From Desulfobulbus propionicus DSM 2032 (GTDB taxonomy: Bacteria > Desulfobacterota > Desulfobulbia > Desulfobulbales > Desulfobulbaceae), in assembly GCF_000186885.1 (NCBI RefSeq), contig NC_014972.1:30001-62000 (forward strand): DNA of 32,000 bases. The letters are read 5' to 3'. Shown piece after piece: positions 17,737 through 27,459 of this stretch (position 1 is its first letter; every line of letters begins with the position of its first letter). The notes beneath the pieces are model-generated. The model was not told the DNA's origin. It was given only the letters and a program-made list of their open reading frames with translations, and searched no databases. The position numbers and the translations under genes were made by a program.

Positions 17737-18765
17737 ATGACCAAGCACAAGGGACTGTTACTCGCCGGCGATATCGGCGCCACCAAGACGGTGCTCGCCC
17801 TGTACGAGACCTGGCCCGGCCAGCCGCTGCGCCAGCAAACCTTCCGCAATGCGGAGTTTGCCAGTTTCGACGAGTTGGTGGAGCGGTTTCTCGGTGCGGG
17901 AGCGGCCACGCCCACGGCGGCCTGTCTGGGCGTGGCGGGGCCGGTGACCGCCGATACGGTCAGGATGACCAATCTTGACTGGAAGATCGAGGCCGCAGCC
18001 CTCAAACAGCGATTCGGCTGGAGCCAGGTCCGGTTGATCAACGACTTGGTGGCCACGGCCATGGGCGCCCTTCAACTGCAGCCCGCCGATTGCACCCTGC
18101 TCAACCCGGGCGAGCCCCGGGAAGGGGCGGTGATGGCCGTTCTGGCTCCGGGAAGCGGCTTGGGGGAGGCCTTCCTTTTGCCGCATCGTGGCGGCTACCT
18201 CCCCTTTCCCTCGGAAGGAGGCCACGCCAGTTTTGCCCCGTGCAATGGCGAGCAGATCGATCTGCTCACCTTTATGTTCCGCCACCACGCCCATGTGTCG
18301 GTGGAGCAGGTGTGTTCCGGTCTGGCCATCCCCGAACTGTTTGCCTTCATGGCCACCAGGCAGCCGGTTCCCGATTGGCTGCGGCAGGAATTGATCCGGG
18401 CCGAGGATCAAACGCCAGTGATCGTTGGCGCGGCCCTGGCGGCGATTCAGGGAGGCCGGATGTGTGAGGTCGCCGTGCGTACCCTGGAGCTGTTTGTCGA
18501 CATCCTCGCCGACGAGGCGGCCAATCTCGCCCTCAAGACCCTGGCACTTGGCGGCATTTTCCTTGGCGGCGGTCTGGCGCCTCGGCTGCAGCCTTTCCTG
18601 GAACGGCAGCGGTTTTTGGCCGCCTTTGCCCGGGGGAACTATCGCGACATGCTCGGCCGCATCCCGGTGCGGATCATCCGCAACCCCCATACCGCCCTGC
18701 TGGGTGCCGCGGCCTGCGGGGCAAGCCTTGTTGCCGGCCACGATCATCAGCCGCTGCGGTGCTGA
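17737..18765 (+). CDS. glk: Glucokinase (Glk family)
   Basis: ATG 17737 is preceded by AAGGAGGG. LLLAGDIGATKTVLAL ATP-binding N-terminus, RLINDLVATA, PSEGGHASFAP, GGIFLGGGLAPR. 342 aa. The upstream part of the 425-aa track ORF overlaps the NYN gene. Confidence 0.92.
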   Translation: MTKHKGLLLAGDIGATKTVLALYETWPGQPLRQQTFRNAEFASFDELVERFLGAGAATPTAACLGVAGPVTADTVRMTNLDWKIEAAALKQRFGWSQVRLINDLVATAMGALQLQPADCTLLNPGEPREGAVMAVLAPGSGLGEAFLLPHRGGYLPFPSEGGHASFAPCNGEQIDLLTFMFRHHAHVSVEQVCSGLAIPELFAFMATRQPVPDWLRQELIRAEDQTPVIVGAALAAIQGGRMCEVAVRTLELFVDILADEAANLALKTLALGGIFLGGGLAPRLQPFLERQRFLAAFARGNYRDMLGRIPVRIIRNPHTALLGAAACGASLVAGHDHQPLRC

Positions 18766-18822
18766 CGATCAACGGCCAGGGCGTTCGGTCGGCTGTCAAG
18801 CGCACCCCGCGCCCACGAATCC

Positions 18823-19362
18823 ATGACCCCCTTTGCTCTCTCTCAACTGCTGGTGGCCATTGCCATCGGTTTTGACCTGCTCTCCTTCCAGTTCAAGGAG
18901 CGGCGGCGGATCATCGCCTGCCTGATCGTCTCCTGCCTGCTAATCGCGACGCACTTTGCCCTGCTCGGCCATTGGACGGCGGTGGGCCTCGGTCTGCTGG
19001 CCGCGGTTCGGTTTGTCGCCAGCTATCTGACCACCTCGAAAAAGGTGATGGCCTTCTTTATTGCCGCCTCGGTGCTGGTCGCGGCCCTGAGCTTCCATGG
19101 CGTGCTGAGCGTGCTCAGTTGCCTGGGATCGATTTTTGGCACCATCGGTTCCTTTTGCAAGGAAGACAAACAACTCAGGCAGGTGATGCTGGTGGCGACC
19201 AGTCTGTGGCTGGTCCACAACTGTCTGGCTGGCACCCCCACGGCGGTCCTCATGGAGGGCTTGTTCATCGCCAGCAACCTGCTGGGCTATTACCGTTACT
19301 ATTATCGGAGAGCGGGCAAACCAGAAGTGGTGCAGACGGAAGGGCAAACGCCGGATCGTTAG
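18823..19362 (+). CDS. YgjV-family inner membrane protein
   Basis: 179 aa with about five hydrophobic helices. The N-terminal pattern (LLVAIAIGFDLLSFQFKERRRII) resembles the YgjV family. This is family recognition from memory only. Confidence 0.6.
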   Translation: MTPFALSQLLVAIAIGFDLLSFQFKERRRIIACLIVSCLLIATHFALLGHWTAVGLGLLAAVRFVASYLTTSKKVMAFFIAASVLVAALSFHGVLSVLSCLGSIFGTIGSFCKEDKQLRQVMLVATSLWLVHNCLAGTPTAVLMEGLFIASNLLGYYRYYYRRAGKPEVVQTEGQTPDR

Positions 19363-19991
19363 GCCGACCGGCGGTGGTGGGTAGGCAGTTGCTGAGGCCA
19401 ACCGTTCAGGCGGAGGTAGATTTCGCGGCCGATCCAGGCGTCGGTGGCGGCATAGCGGATCTGCTGTGGGGTGAGTTCGGCGTTGGCCCAGTTGGTGGTA
19501 CGGGCTGATTTGGAGATACGCACACCACAGACCAGCGCGGCCAGGCCCCGGAGGCCATGATTGTGCACCCCTCTGCGCCGGGCCATCCGCGCCAGGTCGA
19601 CAAAGCCGTCGGGTTCGAACGGTTCCAGCTCCCCAAGACTGCGAAGGTCGAAATCTGGCGCCACTCCGGCCTTGATGATGGTCGGGTCGCTCAGGATGGC
19701 CCGCAGCGGTTGGGCCAGCCCGATCTGTTGCAGCTGAAAGAGATAGACAACCGAATCCGTGGCCAGCTGCAGCAGGCTGGGGGAAAATTTTTGCCCCTTG
19801 CGAAAGGCCGGCCGGGTTTCGGTATCAAACCCCAACAGCGCGGCCCGGCTGAGATGTGCCGCCGCCAAGGCCATGTCCTCGCTGGTCCGCACCAGGTGGA
19901 CCGGTCCCCGCCAGCAGGCGAGCGGCAGCGTATTGATCGCTTCCTTGCTGATATGTGTTATGCCGCCCGCCGCCAACGTCTCGCTTTCCAC
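19359..19991 (-). CDS. 3'-5' exonuclease domain protein (DEDDy, RNase D / WRN-exo like)
   Basis: 210 aa. GTG start at 19991 with AAGGAGG upstream. Exo I LGFDTET, Exo II region HNHGLRGLAAL, Exo III YAATDAW. Confidence 0.82.
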   Translation of the reverse strand: MESETLAAGGITHISKEAINTLPLACWRGPVHLVRTSEDMALAAAHLSRAALLGFDTETRPAFRKGQKFSPSLLQLATDSVVYLFQLQQIGLAQPLRAILSDPTIIKAGVAPDFDLRSLGELEPFEPDGFVDLARMARRRGVHNHGLRGLAALVCGVRISKSARTTNWANAELTPQQIRYAATDAWIGREIYLRLNGWPQQLPTHHRRSA

Positions 19992-20179
19992 CGGTATCGC
20001 CCCCTCCTTGACCGCACTTCGGTTGTCTCACCTCGTCCGCGGGGACGAGTACCATGTGAACGCCGATGTACCCGATTACGCTCCATCTGTCATGACTATT
20101 CACCATCCGTGTTTCTGAAGGGCTACAGCCGCCTGTTTCCATGCACCTCGGCCGACGAACCGCGAAACATTGCTCGATT

Positions 20180-20210
20180 TTTGTCAAGGACCGAAGGCTC
20201 TGTTGACAAA
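20180..20210. promoter_or_regulatory. Perfect 8-bp inverted repeat TTTGTCAA-N15-TTGACAAA (candidate activator or operator site)
   Basis: Arms at 20180-20187 and 20203-20210, centred about 120 nt upstream of the candidate -24/-12 promoter. Confidence 0.35.
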
Positions 20211-20315
20211 TTTGAATGGTTTTAAAACCCTGTCCCGGTTTCGGCAGGCTCGACTTGACCGTTGATCCTGGGGAAAAAAGGAGGAAACCGCCGCTGGCAC
20301 GGCTGAAATTGTTTC

Positions 20316-20331
20316 GGGAACGATTTTTGCT
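20316..20331 (+). promoter_or_regulatory. Candidate sigma-54 promoter (GGGAAC-N5-TTGCT)
   Basis: GG at 20317-20318 and GC at 20329-20330 have the canonical 12-nt register of TGGCAC-N5-TTGCW. Lies 55 nt upstream of the activator ATG. Confidence 0.4.
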
Positions 20332-20385
20332 TGGACAATCTCGGCGAAAGGCCATGGACGTACAGCGCGACACAGCAGGAGCACC

Positions 20386-21987
20386 ATGAAAGGAATTGAC
20401 CCCATGCGCCGGGCCGTCGAGGAAACAACCAGCACAGCGTTCCTTGAGGTGCAGGCGCTCTACCATATCGTCAACCTGATCGGTTCGGCCGTTCACCTGG
20501 ACACGGCTCTGGCCTCCATGCTCAAGGTGCTGCACGATACCCTGCGCATGGAGCGCGCCACGTTGGCGCTGCTGGACGAAACCGGCAGCCAGCTGACCAT
20601 CCGCGCTTCCTACGGACTGAGTGTCGAGGAAGAGCAACGCGGTGTCTATGGCCTGAACGAGGGGATCTACGGCCAGGTGTTCAGCACCGGTTCCCCCTTT
20701 GTCGTGCCCGATGTCCACAGCGAACCCCTGTTTCTCAACCGCACCGGTGCCCGCACCCGAATCTCCAAGGCTACCCTTTCCTTCATCGGCGTGCCGGTCA
20801 TCCTTGCCGGGGTAACCGTGGGCGTGCTCAGCGTCGACCGGCTGTTCGGACAAGACATCTCCTTTGAGGAGGACGTGCGTTTTCTCACCGTGCTCGCCAC
20901 CCTGATCGCCCAGTTTCTCAGCCTCAACCGCGCCATCCGCCAGGACCGGGAACAGTTGGTCCTGGAAAATCTCAGTCTCAAGGAGAAGCTGCACGGCCGC
21001 TACCATCGCCATCAGATCATCGGCCAGTCCAAGGCCATGCAGGAGGTGTATTGGTCGATCGAGCGGGTGGCACCGTCCTTGGCCACTGTTCTGCTGCTCG
21101 GCGAGTCGGGCACCGGCAAGGAGTTGGTGGCCCGGGCGGTCCATGATGCCAGCCCGCGCAAGAACGAGGCGTTCATCAAGGTCAACTGCGCCGCCTTGCC
21201 GGAAAATCTGCTGGAGAGCGAATTGTTTGGCCACGAGAAAGGGGCCTTCACCGGCGCGGCGGTGACCCGGATTGGCCGATTTGAGCAGGCTGATCGCGGC
21301 ACCATTTTTCTCGACGAGATCGGCGAGCTGCCGCTGCTGCTCCAGGCCAAACTGCTGCGGGTGCTGCAGGAGCAGCAGTTCGAACGGCTGGGCTCCTCGC
21401 GGACACAGACGGTGGATGTGCGGATCATCGCCGCCACCAATGTCAGTCTGGAGCGGGCGGTCGCCCTGGGCGCCTTTCGTAACGATCTGTACTATCGGCT
21501 CAATGTGGTGCCGATCCATCTGCCGCCTTTGCGCGGGCGGCGGGAGGACATTCCGCTGCTGCTCGATCATTTTCTCCGCTCGAGCAATAAGCGCAACGAA
21601 AAGAATCTGCGCATGTCGCGAGAGTTTCTTGATTTTCTGACTGACTACGATTGGCCGGGCAATGTCCGTGAGCTGCAGAATCTGGTGGAGCGGCTGGTGA
21701 TTCTGGCCACCAACGAGGTGTTGCGGGTGGAGGACCTGCCCGAATATCTGGTGCGGCCCGAATCCGGACGAATACCGCCGGCCATGGAAACCGTGGTGCC
21801 GCTCGCGGTCCCGAGTCCGCCGCCGGCCAGCCGCAAATCACTCCGGGATCTGGAACGGGAACAGGTGGAGTCGGCCCTGATCCGTAACGGTTGGGTGCAG
21901 TCGCGGGCCGCAAGGGAACTGGGCCTTACCCAGCGGCAGATGGGCTACCGGATGAAGAAGTTCGACCTCCAGCGGCCCGATTACTGA
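20386..21987 (+). CDS. Sigma-54-dependent transcriptional activator, GAF-AAA+-Fis HTH (NifA-like architecture, no receiver domain)
   Basis: 533 aa. N-terminal GAF-like region, Walker A GESGTGKE, sigma-54 contact loop [15 protein letters not shown], Walker [10 protein letters not shown]-terminal [22 protein letters not shown]. Confidence 0.93.
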   Translation: MKGIDPMRRAVEETTSTAFLEVQALYHIVNLIGSAVHLDTALASMLKVLHDTLRMERATLALLDETGSQLTIRASYGLSVEEEQRGVYGLNEGIYGQVFSTGSPFVVPDVHSEPLFLNRTGARTRISKATLSFIGVPVILAGVTVGVLSVDRLFGQDISFEEDVRFLTVLATLIAQFLSLNRAIRQDREQLVLENLSLKEKLHGRYHRHQIIGQSKAMQEVYWSIERVAPSLATVLLLGESGTGKELVARAVHDASPRKNEAFIKVNCAALPENLLESELFGHEKGAFTGAAVTRIGRFEQADRGTIFLDEIGELPLLLQAKLLRVLQEQQFERLGSSRTQTVDVRIIAATNVSLERAVALGAFRNDLYYRLNVVPIHLPPLRGRREDIPLLLDHFLRSSNKRNEKNLRMSREFLDFLTDYDWPGNVRELQNLVERLVILATNEVLRVEDLPEYLVRPESGRIPPAMETVVPLAVPSPPPASRKSLRDLEREQVESALIRNGWVQSRAARELGLTQRQMGYRMKKFDLQRPDY

Positions 21988-24380
21988 GCGGTTTGCCCTC
22001 GGGTCAGCTCCTCGCGGATGGCCCGGCCCAGCTTGGCGATCATGTAGGGCTTTTTGATGTACTGGCCAACCCCCAACTGGAGGGCCTGGGCGATTCGTTC
22101 GGTCTCGGAAAAGCCGCTGGTGATGATTGCCCGCTGACCGGGCGCATGCACCAGGATGCTTTGATAGGTGTCCAGCCCGTCCATGCCCTCGCCGAGGATC
22201 ATGTCGAGCAGCACCAGGTCAAACCGCTGCCGCGCCACCAGGCGCACCGCTTCCTCGCCGCTGGCGACGGTGGTCACCTGGTAGCCCAGTTCGCGGAGAA
22301 TGGAGGAGGCGATCTCCCGCTGCTCGACGATGTCGTCGACCACCAGGATGTGCTCGCCCTGGCCGCGGCACGCATCCAGGACGGTGGTCCGAACCTGCCG
22401 CTGAAAGGACTGGTGAGAGGTGACCGGAAAGAAGAGGGTGAAGGTGGAACCGACCCCCACCTGGCTTTCGCAGTTGATATAGCCCTGGTGATCCTTGACC
22501 GTGCCCCAGACCACGGCCATGCCCAGGCCGGTGCCGCTTTTGCCCATTTTTTTGCTGGTATAGAACGGTTCGAAGATCTTGTCGAGGTCCTCGGGCCTGA
22601 TGCCGCTGCCCTGATCGCTCACCTCGAGCACCACATATTCGCCCTGCCCGATTTTCTCGTACAGGCGCAGCGAATTGTCCACATAGCGGTTTTCCGTGCG
22701 CAGGCGGATCTCGCCGCCGCCTTCCATGGCCTCGGCCGCATTGGTCACCAGGTTCATGATCGTTTTTTCCAGGTGCACCGGCGAGCCAAGCACCGGGAAG
22801 AGGTCAGGCGCGCAGTCGGTGATGACCCTGATTCGGGGATGGCGCTGCTGCAGCAGGCTGAATTCGGGGCTGGCCAGATAGTCGCCGATCAGGGCGTTGA
22901 GCAAGACCGGTTCCTTGACCGTGACTCCCCGCCGCGCCAGGGTGAGCAAGTCCTGGACAATGGCCGCCGCCTTTTCCCCGGATTCCTTGATGGTGCGCAG
23001 GGGCGCGTACAGCGGGCTGGTTTGAGGCAGCTTCATCAGCAGCAGATCCGGGTAGCTGACGATGCCGGAGAGGATGTTGTTGAGGTCGTGGGCCACGCCG
23101 CCGGCCAGGGTGCCAATCATTTCCAGCTTCTCGGCCCGGACCAGCCGCTCCTCGACCTGCTGCCGCTCCCTGATTTCCTTTTCCAGCGCCGCGCCGCGCT
23201 GTTCGATGATTTTCTCCAGATTCTCCTGGTGGTGGGCGAGGGTCGCCTCGGTCTGCTTGCGCACCCGGATCTCCTCGTTGAGCTCGGTCATGCTGTGGTT
23301 TAACTGCGCGATCATGGTGTTGAACGAGCCGGTCAGTTCGGTGAGTTCATCGGGCCGCGAACAGGGGGATGCAACGATGCGCTGGGAGAAATCGCCGCTC
23401 TGGACGTTGACGATCACCCTGAGCATCTCCTGGAGGCGCGCAATGATGATTTTGCGGAAAAGAGCAATGACCAGCAGGGAGATGACCAACAGGGCCACCG
23501 CAGCCCCAACCGTGCTCACCTGGGCGATGCGGCGCAGGGGCAGGAGGGTGTTGTCCACGGATTGGGCGATGGCGAAGGCCCAGTCGGTTTGCTGCAGGCG
23601 TTGAAAAACGGTAAGTATTTCATCGTCATGGGTATCGACGTTGAACATTCCGCTTGGTTCGGCGAAAATCCGCTGGAAAAAATCGGCGGGGACAGATTCA
23701 GCCAGGGTCTGTTCGTTGTCTCGCGAGCTGCCGAGCACTTGCTGGCGGTAATCGACCACAAAGGCGTAGCCATGCTGTTTGACCTTGAAGTCCTCGAGAA
23801 ACAGGGCCTTGAACACCGCAAAATCGATCACGCCGCCAAGCACGCCGATGACATGGCCGTCGACGGCAATCGGCGCGGCGCAGGTGAAGGTTTTTTGGGC
23901 GGACAATCGACTGACCAGCACCTCGGAAATGGACGCCTTCCCTTCCAGGGCCCGCTGGAAATAGGCCCGGTCGGCGAGGCGCACCGGCATGGGCGGCTGG
24001 CCGGGCGGCGCCGACACCGCGACGATTTCGCCCTGTCGATCGGCGAGAAAAAGGCTTTCGTACTGGGGGTAGCCGGCCTTGAGGGTGGTAAGCAGCGACT
24101 CGGCGCCCTCGCGAGCGCTTCGGCCGTAATAGCCGCCTTCGGTCAGGGCCTCGGCCAGCACCTCCTGCCGCGACCAGGCCACGATGTCGGTGACCCGCGC
24201 CTGCAGCCAGCTGTCGATCAGCTTGACGGACAGATGCACTTCCCGGTCCAGCCGCTTGGTCAGTTCCTGGCGGATGATCAACCGGGCGTTGAGATACTGG
24301 ACAACCAGCACCGCAGCCAAGCCAAGGGCAATGATCCCCAGGATAGGGACAAGGATTTTTTTGCTCAGCCCGGTCCGCAT
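21981..24380 (-). CDS. Hybrid sensor histidine kinase/response regulator (TM-Cache-TM-HAMP-HisKA-HATPase-REC)
   Basis: 799 aa. N-terminal TM helix, periplasmic Cache-like region, second TM helix and HAMP. H-box [12 protein letters not shown]-box [10 protein letters not shown]-boxes DQGSGI and GTGLGM. C-terminal receiver ILVVDD...DLVLLDMIL...KKPY. Confidence 0.92.
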   Translation of the reverse strand: MRTGLSKKILVPILGIIALGLAAVLVVQYLNARLIIRQELTKRLDREVHLSVKLIDSWLQARVTDIVAWSRQEVLAEALTEGGYYGRSAREGAESLLTTLKAGYPQYESLFLADRQGEIVAVSAPPGQPPMPVRLADRAYFQRALEGKASISEVLVSRLSAQKTFTCAAPIAVDGHVIGVLGGVIDFAVFKALFLEDFKVKQHGYAFVVDYRQQVLGSSRDNEQTLAESVPADFFQRIFAEPSGMFNVDTHDDEILTVFQRLQQTDWAFAIAQSVDNTLLPLRRIAQVSTVGAAVALLVISLLVIALFRKIIIARLQEMLRVIVNVQSGDFSQRIVASPCSRPDELTELTGSFNTMIAQLNHSMTELNEEIRVRKQTEATLAHHQENLEKIIEQRGAALEKEIRERQQVEERLVRAEKLEMIGTLAGGVAHDLNNILSGIVSYPDLLLMKLPQTSPLYAPLRTIKESGEKAAAIVQDLLTLARRGVTVKEPVLLNALIGDYLASPEFSLLQQRHPRIRVITDCAPDLFPVLGSPVHLEKTIMNLVTNAAEAMEGGGEIRLRTENRYVDNSLRLYEKIGQGEYVVLEVSDQGSGIRPEDLDKIFEPFYTSKKMGKSGTGLGMAVVWGTVKDHQGYINCESQVGVGSTFTLFFPVTSHQSFQRQVRTTVLDACRGQGEHILVVDDIVEQREIASSILRELGYQVTTVASGEEAVRLVARQRFDLVLLDMILGEGMDGLDTYQSILVHAPGQRAIITSGFSETERIAQALQLGVGQYIKKPYMIAKLGRAIREELTRGQTAQ

Positions 24381-24386
24381 GGCCGC

Positions 24387-25412
24387 CTACCTGATCACCA
24401 CTTCGGCCCGTTTGATGATGTGGTAGGGGATCTGGATGCCGAGCTGTTCCGCTGTCCGCAGATTGAGTTGAATGCGGCCATGGTCGGTGGGCTTGACGAC
24501 AAAGTCGCCGGGCCGTTTGCCTGCCAGGAGCTCACGGGCGATCAATCCGGCGGCTCGTCCCTGTTCCTTCATCGACACGCTCACCGCGCACAGGACCCCG
24601 GATTCGGCGGCACTGTCGTAGAAGCCCACCGTGGGCAGACGGTAGTGTTCATTGAGCAGACGGACCAGTTCCTCTTCGGGCACCTTGGTCGGATCGGTGG
24701 CGCTGCGGGCGATGGTGCGGATCACATAAAGGCCGACCGCGTCGATCTGCTGATGATAGCGGTCGAGCACCGCTTTCCAGGCGGCAAGGGTCAGCGGCTG
24801 GTCGTAGGCAACCACGGTCACCGGCAGGTGCAGGGTTTTGCAGTAGGCGATCAGCGGATCGGTGGTTTCCGACTTGTCGGCCAGGATAAGCAGCCGTTTG
24901 ACCTCCGGCCGAATTTTGCGCAGCAGTTCGATGCTCTCCATCACGTTGGGCCGTTCGAGCACACCGGTGACGTTGGCCGCCGGAAAGCCATACTCGGCCG
25001 GGTCGTTGTTGACGCCGCTGAACACGAACCAGGGAGGGCCCGGCTGGCCGGCATAATCCTTGGTGAAATACTGCTGGGCGTTGTCGTCCATGGCGATCAC
25101 CACCTGCGGCCGGTATTCGGCCAGGATCTCTTTCGCCCGCTGCCCGGCTTGCCGCTTCCATACCTCGGAGGTATTGCGCTTGGTGTCCATGTGGAAATAC
25201 CGCAGCTCGCGGTCGATTCCGGCCAGAGCCTCCTCGATGCCCTCGGTCATGTCGACCACATGCTCCTGTTGTCCCTCGTGGTAACTGTGCACCACCAGCA
25301 CGCGGGGAGGAGTGTCCGCCTGGGCGGCGGCCCGGGGCGAGAAGAAGCTGACGGCCATAAGGACGACAAGCAAGAGGAGGGCGCTTCGTTGCTGGCTTGA
25401 CAGAGGGTGCAT
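24387..25412 (-). CDS. Periplasmic substrate-binding protein (ABC_sub_bind-like) partnered with the kinase
   Basis: The preferred start, ATG 25412, gives a signal peptide MHPLSSQQRSALLLLVVLMAVSFFSPRAAAQA. The mature part (RVLVVHSYHEG...) resembles PBPs commonly encoded upstream of sensor kinases. 6-nt gap to the kinase ATG. The start is uncertain because the track ORF extends to 25631. Confidence 0.72.
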   Translation of the reverse strand: MHPLSSQQRSALLLLVVLMAVSFFSPRAAAQADTPPRVLVVHSYHEGQQEHVVDMTEGIEEALAGIDRELRYFHMDTKRNTSEVWKRQAGQRAKEILAEYRPQVVIAMDDNAQQYFTKDYAGQPGPPWFVFSGVNNDPAEYGFPAANVTGVLERPNVMESIELLRKIRPEVKRLLILADKSETTDPLIAYCKTLHLPVTVVAYDQPLTLAAWKAVLDRYHQQIDAVGLYVIRTIARSATDPTKVPEEELVRLLNEHYRLPTVGFYDSAAESGVLCAVSVSMKEQGRAAGLIARELLAGKRPGDFVVKPTDHGRIQLNLRTAEQLGIQIPYHIIKRAEVVIR

Positions 25413-25713
25413 ACCATTACAGTCCGGAAGTGGTTGTGGGGCAATGGATGGCGCAGGATGCCTTTGTGGTTGATGTTCGCATAGAAAGCTCATCATTGCA
25501 ATCCCTTCGGGGAAAAATGGCGAAATTTGCGGTTGATCGCGGAGTGGTGCTCCCTCCGTGCGGGGCGCCAGGGCCCACAGCGGTGGATTTTCTCCTGACG
25601 CAGGGTGAAAAAGCCTTTCTTTGTCCCGCATTTTTTCCTATTCTGCCCGCATAGTAACCATTCCTGTTTTTCTGGAGTCGCCCCGTCCATCCCTCAGCCG
25701 TGGAGTGTTTCCC

Positions 25714-27459
25714 TTGAAACCGACCGATATCGAGGATCCGGAATATTTTCACCAAGTGATTGATTGCCAGTTTGCCTGTCCGGCCCATACCCCGGTGCCG
25801 CAATACATCCGTCTGATCAGCGAGCACCGCTACACCGAGGCCTACATGCTCAACTGGCTGTCCAATGTCTTTCCCGGCGTGCTGGGCCGGGTCTGTGACC
25901 GTCCCTGCGAGCCGGCCTGCCGCCGCGGCCGGGTGGAACAGGAGCCGGTGGCCATCTGCCGGCTCAAGCGGCTGTGTGCCGACCAACGCGATGCGGCGAT
26001 CACCGCCCGATTCCCTGCTGTCCCACAGGAGAAAAACGGCAAGAAAGTCGCCTTGATCGGCGGTGGGCCCGCCTCGCTGACCGTGGCCCGCGATCTGCTG
26101 CCGCTCGGCTACGAGGTGGACCTCTATGACGATCAGGCCCAGGGCGGGGGCTTCATGCGCAGTCAGTTGCCCTCCTTCCGTCTGCCGGAATCGGTGCTGG
26201 CCACCGAGGTCGATTACATCCTCGACATGGGGGTGACCACCCATTTCAATCACCGGGTGACGAGCATGCAGGCCATGCTTGCCAAGGGCTACGATGCCCT
26301 GTTTGTCGGCACCGGCGCGCCGCGCGGCCGCGATCTGCCCGATCTGCCCGGCCGCACGGAAGGGGACCCCTGGATTCATGTCGGCATCGACTGGTTGGCC
26401 GGGGTGGTGTTCCGCCATGTGCAATCCATCGGCCGCCGGGTGTTGGTGATCGGCGGCGGCAACACGGCCATGGACTGCTGCCGCACCGCCCGCCGCCTGG
26501 GTGGCGAGCAGGTCAGCGTGGTGGTGCGGGGTTCCAGGAGCGCGATGAAGGCCTCGCCCTGGGAGATCGAGGAGGCCCTGCACGAGGACATCCCCATCCT
26601 CGAACATCTGGCACCGCTGGCATTCGTGGTCGACGACGGCCAGTTGACCGGCATGCAGTTCACGCGAACCGGCCAGGAGAGTGGCGAACCGGTGTTTCTG
26701 CCCTGCGACGAAGTGCTGCTGGCCGTGGGCCAGCTCAACGCCTTCCCGTGGATCGAACCCGAAACCGGTATCCGCTTCACCGACCAGGGGTTGCCGGTGC
26801 TCGACCCGCTCACCCTGCAGTCCTCCCTGCCCCAGGTCTTTTTCGGCGGCGATGCCGCCTTCGGCCCGCGCAACATCATCACCGCCGTGGCCCACGGCCA
26901 CGAGGCGGCGATCTCCATTGACCTGTTCTGCCAGGGAAAACCCCTGGATCAGCGGCCGGCGCCGCAGGTCAATCTCGCCGGCCAGAAGATGGGCGTGCAT
27001 GACTGGCTCTATGACAACCAGGTGGCTGAGACCCGGCGTCAGGCGGTGCCCATGCTCGCCAAGGCCAAGACACTCAAGGACCGGTTGCTGGAGGTCGAAC
27101 TCGGCTTTGACCGGGAGGTGGGCCAGGCCGAGGCCTTGCGCTGCCTCAACTGCGACGTGCAAACGGTCTTTCGTGCCGATCTGTGCATCGAGTGCGACGG
27201 CTGCGTCGACGCCTGCCCGGAGAGCTGCATCAATTTCGTCGACAACGGCGAGGAGGCGGATCTGCGCACCCGGCTCAAGGCCCCGGCGAACAACCTGGCC
27301 CAGCGTTTGTACGTTGCCGGGCCGGTGTCCACCGGGCGGGTGATGGTCAAGGACGAGAACGTCTGCCTGCACTGCGGTCTCTGCGCCGAGCGCTGTCCGA
27401 CCTCGGCCTGGGAGATGCAGAAATTTTTCTACCAATCAGCACGGGCGGGACAACCATGA
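25714..27459 (+). CDS. GltD/NfnB-like NAD(P)H flavin oxidoreductase fused to a C-terminal 2x[4Fe-4S] ferredoxin domain (KorC-like third subunit)
   Basis: N-terminal Fe-S region CQFACPAHTPVPQYI...CDRPCEPAC. Dinucleotide folds VALIGGGPASL and VLVIGGGNTAMD. C-terminus CLNCDV...CIECDGCVDACP and CLHCGLCAERCP. No in-frame ATG precedes the conserved N-terminus, so the start must be TTG 25714 (GGAG 8 nt upstream), GTG 25705 or TTG 25621. The stop overlaps the korA ATG (ATGA). Confidence 0.85.
   Translation: MKPTDIEDPEYFHQVIDCQFACPAHTPVPQYIRLISEHRYTEAYMLNWLSNVFPGVLGRVCDRPCEPACRRGRVEQEPVAICRLKRLCADQRDAAITARFPAVPQEKNGKKVALIGGGPASLTVARDLLPLGYEVDLYDDQAQGGGFMRSQLPSFRLPESVLATEVDYILDMGVTTHFNHRVTSMQAMLAKGYDALFVGTGAPRGRDLPDLPGRTEGDPWIHVGIDWLAGVVFRHVQSIGRRVLVIGGGNTAMDCCRTARRLGGEQVSVVVRGSRSAMKASPWEIEEALHEDIPILEHLAPLAFVVDDGQLTGMQFTRTGQESGEPVFLPCDEVLLAVGQLNAFPWIEPETGIRFTDQGLPVLDPLTLQSSLPQVFFGGDAAFGPRNIITAVAHGHEAAISIDLFCQGKPLDQRPAPQVNLAGQKMGVHDWLYDNQVAETRRQAVPMLAKAKTLKDRLLEVELGFDREVGQAEALRCLNCDVQTVFRADLCIECDGCVDACPESCINFVDNGEEADLRTRLKAPANNLAQRLYVAGPVSTGRVMVKDENVCLHCGLCAERCPTSAWEMQKFFYQSARAGQP

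Noticed and set aside
20065-20082. GATGTACCCGATTACGCT encodes DVPDYA, matching 16 of 18 nt of the usual HA-epitope coding sequence.
   Set aside because: It lacks the YPY half of the tag. It lies in an intergenic region, in a frame with no credible start, and nothing else nearby (linkers, restriction scars, vector sequence) suggests engineering. I treat it as coincidence.
20295-20300. Perfect TGGCAC -24-like hexamer upstream of the activator gene.
   Set aside because: The position 12 nt downstream of the GG reads AT, not GC, so the obligatory -24/-12 spacing fails. The neighbouring GGGAAC-N5-TTGCT has the correct register and is reported instead.
25518-25530. TGGCGAAATTTGC in the kor/PBP divergent region, resembling a sigma-54 promoter.
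   Set aside because: The GG-to-GC distance is 10 nt instead of 12, and sigma-54 promoters do not tolerate this spacing change.
25625-25652. 7-nt direct repeat CCCGCAT occurring twice, 21 nt apart, upstream of the kor operon.
   Set aside because: It is too short to distinguish from chance in GC-rich DNA, and I could find no accompanying -35/-10 context.
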